This document shows positions 34,260 to 38,593 of a stretch of 38,593 nucleotides of DNA, piece by piece; positions within the stretch are counted from its first letter, which is position 1, and the number at the start of each line of letters is the position of its first letter. The DNA comes from Callorhinchus milii (Eukaryota), in assembly GCF_018977255.1 (NCBI RefSeq), contig NW_024705506.1, positions 1 to 38,593 on the forward strand, written 5' to 3'. The notes beneath the pieces were generated by a model. It did no database searches. It was not told where the DNA came from and saw nothing but the letters and a program-made list of their open reading frames with translations. The position numbers and the translations under genes are program-made.

Positions 34260-34710
34260 ATGGGTTTTAAGTTGCAGATCAGAATAAGGGGAAAGAGAGC
34301 ACTGAACTGCAGAAGTGTCGGTAGTCGAGACATTAAACAGAGGTTCCAAGCAGGTCGACATCCCAAGGGCACTATTTGGAAGGGTTAGGGAGGCAAAAGA
34401 AGTGATGTTTCTCCCATGGTCCTGTTCTGCATCTCTCTTGGCCATTTGTGGGATATTGCTGCGTGGTCCTCTACCAAACAGTCACTGCACTTTATGGAAA
34501 TGTTGTAAAGCACTTTGACACTTTCTCAGAGTTATTGGTATTTTATCAGATGCAAAGATGTTTTTGGTGGGGGAGTCAGAATGCTGTGGGTTAAAGCCTC
34601 ATGCCAGGTTTCGGAACCCACGTAGTCTAACGTGATGCGCCAAAGCATTTTTGGGGTAATTGCTGCATTGCAGAATGAGACTTTAGTCTATGCCTGTTCA
34701 GGTTGGTGTA
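34260..34710 (+). mobile_element. Two heavily decayed Deu-domain SINE remnants
   Basis: gagacattaaacagagg...ggcactatttggaag...tttgtgggatattgctg...gtaaagcactttg, followed by gagtcagaatgctgtgggtt...atgagac...cctgttcagg. Confidence 0.6.
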
Positions 34711-35681
34711 GGGAGAAATTTAGCCATTACAGTGCAGGATAAACCAAGCTTCCAGTAGGAGCTACCTTCCCTGTATTATTACCTTCCCTTTTTCCCTATA
34801 TTATTTTATAGTTCTCATCAAATCCTGATCTATTTCCCTTTTGAGCAACTCAATAGTTACTTGCTACTAAGCTCTCCACATTCTGAAAACTTGGTGTGAT
34901 TCAGGACATAGTGTTTTCTAAGCATAGTGTGTGTTTTTTTAAAAAAAACTTCTAAACAAATTGAAAATCTATATCTTGAGGAAAGTTAATGCCAAACAGA
35001 AGTAACATTTTTTAATTTAAGAAACTTTCAAACCAATGAAACTTATCTCTTCAGTCCACCTGATGTTGTTTCAGTTACCAGGTATGGTGGGGCAAATAAA
35101 AGCTCATTCTTGCTTTTGGGTGGAAACAGAATTGAGGCCAGCTAAGATCCAGTGGCCTTACCCATTAAAACAACATAATTTTAAAAGTGTCAAAATTGTG
35201 CCGAGTAAATCCTTAAATTCAGTTTCAATTTGGAAGCCTTTTTTAAAAAAAAGTCTACCAAATTAGCTACTATATTGAGATCGGTTTGAAGATTTCTAAT
35301 TCTTCCACACTCTTAAACAAATCTAAAAGCAGCAGCTCAGTTGGTTGGAAATCATGTCTTGGACTTGAGGTTACACCCTACACGTTGACCTTTCCAAACT
35401 ACATTGTTGGCAGTGCTGTCCTTCAGGTGAGACCAAATCCTTGGCCACCTGTTTCTTAGGGTCATTGTGATAAACTCCCCATCAATGTTGTGGCCTACAA
35501 TCCTCCAGATTAATTGCTTCCTCACCTCATGGTTGTGCATAAGTCCTTAGTTTGCACAAAACTTTTACTTGCCAAAGTTTTATTGTCAGTTAAATGCAGT
35601 TTAATTTCAAGCCAAGTTTACACTGTGAGGATCCTCAACCATATGTCTGGGATGTTTGCCAGGCATTTAATCGATCTGTAT

Positions 35682-35784
35682 GGAGTCCTGCAGCTGAATG
35701 GTTAGAGCACTTGCCTCACAAGCGAGAGCTGGTTTTGATTCCCAGCTGGGCAAAATGATGGCCAAGTTTCCTTACTCCACACAC
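35682..35784 (+). mobile_element. Degenerate head-only copy of the tRNA-Ala SINE
   Basis: ggagtcctgcagctgaatggttagagcacttgc...caagtttccttactccacac. Confidence 0.8.
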
Positions 35785-35810
35785 ACGCCTGTTTACCTTG
35801 CAATAAGTAG

Positions 35811-36255
35811 CAACAAAAACAGAAGTCGCTGGGAACTCTCAGCAGGTCAGGCAGCATCTATGGAGAAAGGAAAGTGAGTCAATGTTTTGAGTCCACGACC
35901 CTTCATCAAAACTGAGGAATGTTGGGAGAGACTTTTAAGGGCTAGCAGGGGGAGAGAAGAAGTCAAAACACAGAATGGGATAGAGGGCCGGGGATGATGG
36001 GTTAAAGAGTTGTTATATTGTAAAACAAAGTGATGAGGGTGGGGGGCATGGGGGATGGAATTCCAACAAAATAAGGCGACCAGAGAGAGAAAAGTTGTGT
36101 CTGGGACCCAGTTGATGTGGTAATGGTCACAGAAGAGGGGGAGGGGGGTAGATGAGCTGTATTGGTCTGAAATTATTTAAATCAATATTGAGGCCAGATA
36201 AATGAGGTGCTATTCCTCGAGCTGCGCAGTGGCTCATTGGAACAGCATAGGAGAG
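35811..36255 (-). mobile_element. Penelope-like retroelement 3' fragment (GIY-YIG C-terminus and 3' UTR)
   Basis: Minus strand encodes LEE*HLI and LNIDLNNFR, resembling the PLE endonuclease end. aaaacagaagtcgctgggaactctcagcaggtcaggcagcatct resembles the common shark PLE terminus (from memory). Confidence 0.7.
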
Positions 36256-36441
36256 TAAGTAGGAACTTGGTTGTTAGTCGATTGGCAGATCTCTTTACTG
36301 GGAGTAATATAAAAAAAATATTGAATTGATCACTTCAAAACACAACTGTTTTGGTTCACTGCTGGGTGCAATTGGCTGCCACGTTTCGTCCCATAAAAAA
36401 TTCTGTTACCGCACTTTACAGTGTATCCTGTGAAGCGATTT

Positions 36442-36746
36442 GGAGTCCTGTAGCTCAGTGGTTAGAGCACTCGCTTTGCAAGCGAGACACTTGGGTTCAA
36501 TTCCAGGCAGAGGGCGAAACCTTGGGCAAGTTTCCTTACTCCACACACCTAATAATAATCCCTCCAAAACAAAACAGTAATAAATTGGTCATTTTCAATC
36601 CGCGACTGTTTGCTGGGACACTGCTGTGCGCAATTGGCTGCTGCGTTTCACCCACAATTATACGGTCAATTCACTTTACAGTATATTCTGTGAAGCGCTT
36701 TGGGATGTCGAGAAGATGGGAAAATGCAAGAATTATTATTATTATT
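36442..36746 (+). mobile_element. Full-length young SINE nested inside an older SINE (~36310-36441 and ~36747-36802)
   Basis: Older copy breaks at tgtgaagcgattt and resumes tgacttgtctcaaagatgtgataaggcactgcatcaaatgcaaggattatt. Confidence 0.92.
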
Positions 36747-37215
36747 TGACTTGTCTCAAAGATGTGATAAGGCACTGCATCAAATGCAAGGATTATTATT
36801 ATCTCAATCTTCTGGTCAACTGCCCAAAGGAGGATTGAGTTTAAAACAATAATAACTTCCACTTATATAGCTCCCCTCATGCATGGTAGTATCCCAGAGG
36901 CCCTATCCCAAACTTTGTTTCTAAGTTTGGAAGGGAGATCTAAAATTCCATTTGATATCAATTTATTATGTGGTAAATTATGTGTTTTCCTAAAATATTA
37001 GGATCTACAACAATAACAAAATTACATTTGTATAGCACCTTTCACATCCGGAGCACGTCCCAAGGTACTGGACAGTGATTTGTGTTGGTCAGATTCAATA
37101 GAAGATTTCAAGGTATCAAATGCAAAGTCAGTAATAAGGAAATGTGAGCTGGAGGGAGGAGAGGGGATTATGATTGGAAAATGGGTTAATTTAAAACAAC
37201 AGACAGATGCCAACA

Positions 37216-37580
37216 AGCGGCTTAGTCGCTCACTCTCTCACCTCTTGAGCTAAATAGTTGTGGGTTCGAGACCTATGTCAGGGACTTTGAGATTTCAGGC
37301 TAGGTTCATACTCAATCACAGTGCTGAAGAGTTTCCTTTTCAGATCAGATGTAAAACCAAGCTCCGCCCCATCTTCGTCTTGTGCAGAATGATGTTAAAG
37401 ATCTTCCGTGGACTATTCAAAAAGAGGTGGGTGTGTGATACAACAACCCACCAGATAAAATTGATCGTTCATTTCACAGCTGCTTGTGGGACATCACTGC
37501 ACAAATGGGCTGCCACGTTTGCCTACAAACACAAAATCATTACTTTTCACAGTAAATCATGTGATGTGAAAGGTGCTGAA
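37216..37580 (+). mobile_element. Old Deu-domain SINE (SacSINE1-like)
   Basis: Head gttgtgggttcgag, Deu domain tttcagatcagatgtaaaacc...gatgttaaagatc...actattcaaaaagag, tail gtgggacatcactgcacaaatgggctgccacgttt. Confidence 0.75.
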
Positions 37581-37672
37581 ACAATAACAAAATTACATCT
37601 GTAACGTGCCTTTCATGTCGGGAGGACATCCGAAGGTGCTGGAAAGTTAGTGTTAAAGAACATTAAAGGAAG

Positions 37673-37994
37673 GGAGTCTTGTAGCTCAGTGGTTAGAGCA
37701 CTCGCTTTGCAAGTGAGAGACCTGAGTTCAATCCCAGGCAGAGGGTGAACCCTCGGGCAAGTTTCCTTACTCCACACAGAGCCTAATAATAATCCTCCAA
37801 AACAAAACCAATAATAAATTGGTCATTTTCAATCCACGACCGTTTGTGGGACATTGCTGTGTGCAATTGGCTGCCGCGTTCGCCCACAAATATACAGTCA
37901 ATTCACTTTACAGTGTGTTCTGTGAAGCGCTTTGGGACGTCCTCTCCCGACGTGAAAAGCGCTATATCAAATGCAAGGATTATTATTATTATTA
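37673..37994 (+). mobile_element. Full-length young SINE inserted near the 5' edge of a CR1 fragment
   Basis: Very similar to 4190-4510. Flanks read (R)TLKE | IGEEIADA, which would be contiguous CR1 ORF2. Confidence 0.95.
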
Positions 37995-38593
37995 AATAGG
38001 AGAGGAAATCGCAGATGCATTCAACATCATTTTTCAAAGCTGACTAGGTTCAGGAATTGTGCCCCTAGATTGGAAAATTGCGAATGTCACCCCTTTATTT
38101 AAGAGGGGAGAGAGGGATAACCAGGAAATTACAGACCTGTCAGCTTAACGTCAGTTGTAAGGAAAATACTGGAACCCATCATCAGGGTCAGAGCAACTGA
38201 ACACCTGGACAGGTATGAGCTCGTCAAAGTGAGTCAGCATGGGTTTGTGAGTCGTGTCTGACTCATCTAGTTGAACGTTTTGAGGAGGTCACTAAAATGG
38301 TGGATAAGAGAGTTTCTATGGATGTCATTTATCATGACTTTCAGGTGGCATTTGATAAGGTTCCACACAAAAGATTAATAGTGAAAATGGAAGCGCATGG
38401 AGTCAGAGGTGACCTTGAGACAGGCTCAGTAATTGCTTGGGAGGCAGGATACAGAGAATAGGAATAAAGAGAACATTCTCTGATGGGGGGGGGGGGGGGG
38501 GGGGCGTGACAAGCGGTGTCCCAGGGCTCTGTACTGGGACCCCAGCTATTTGCTATATATAAATGACTTGGATGAAGGAATAGAAAGGTTGCC
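37995..38593 (+). mobile_element. CR1-clade LINE reverse transcriptase fragment (pseudogenised, runs off the window)
   Basis: GIVPLDWKIANVTPLFK..NYRPVSLTSVV..MDVIYHDFQVAFDKVPHKRL..GVP..SVLGP..INDLD, with stops and frameshifts. Confidence 0.93.

Overview
Eukaryotic (vertebrate) genomic DNA, most likely a cartilaginous fish (holocephalan/shark-type repeat complement; inferred from memory of SINE families, not from a search). The window holds the 3' part of an RPRD2 orthologue (CID-domain Pol II CTD-binding protein) on the + strand. Exon 1 is upstream of the window. Eight well-supported coding exons run from 11561 to the stop at 31894, plus a candidate 39-nt microexon. The terminal exon has a 1-nt frameshift near 29906-29960, and the exon encoding the human 'NPLANILSKVEITPESILSALSK' block was not found. 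Intron 1 contains a ~10.2 kb satellite whose ~53-61 bp unit carries a consensus 5' splice site (GAG|GTGAGT) on the sense strand and AATAAA on the antisense strand. The rest is L2 and CR1 LINE fragments, a young tRNA-Ala-derived SINE, older Deu-domain SINEs (one appears to supply the exon 9 splice acceptor), a Penelope-like fragment and two L2-derived minisatellites. No prokaryotic features are present. All comparisons with human RPRD2 or repeat consensus sequences are from memory and need alignment to confirm.
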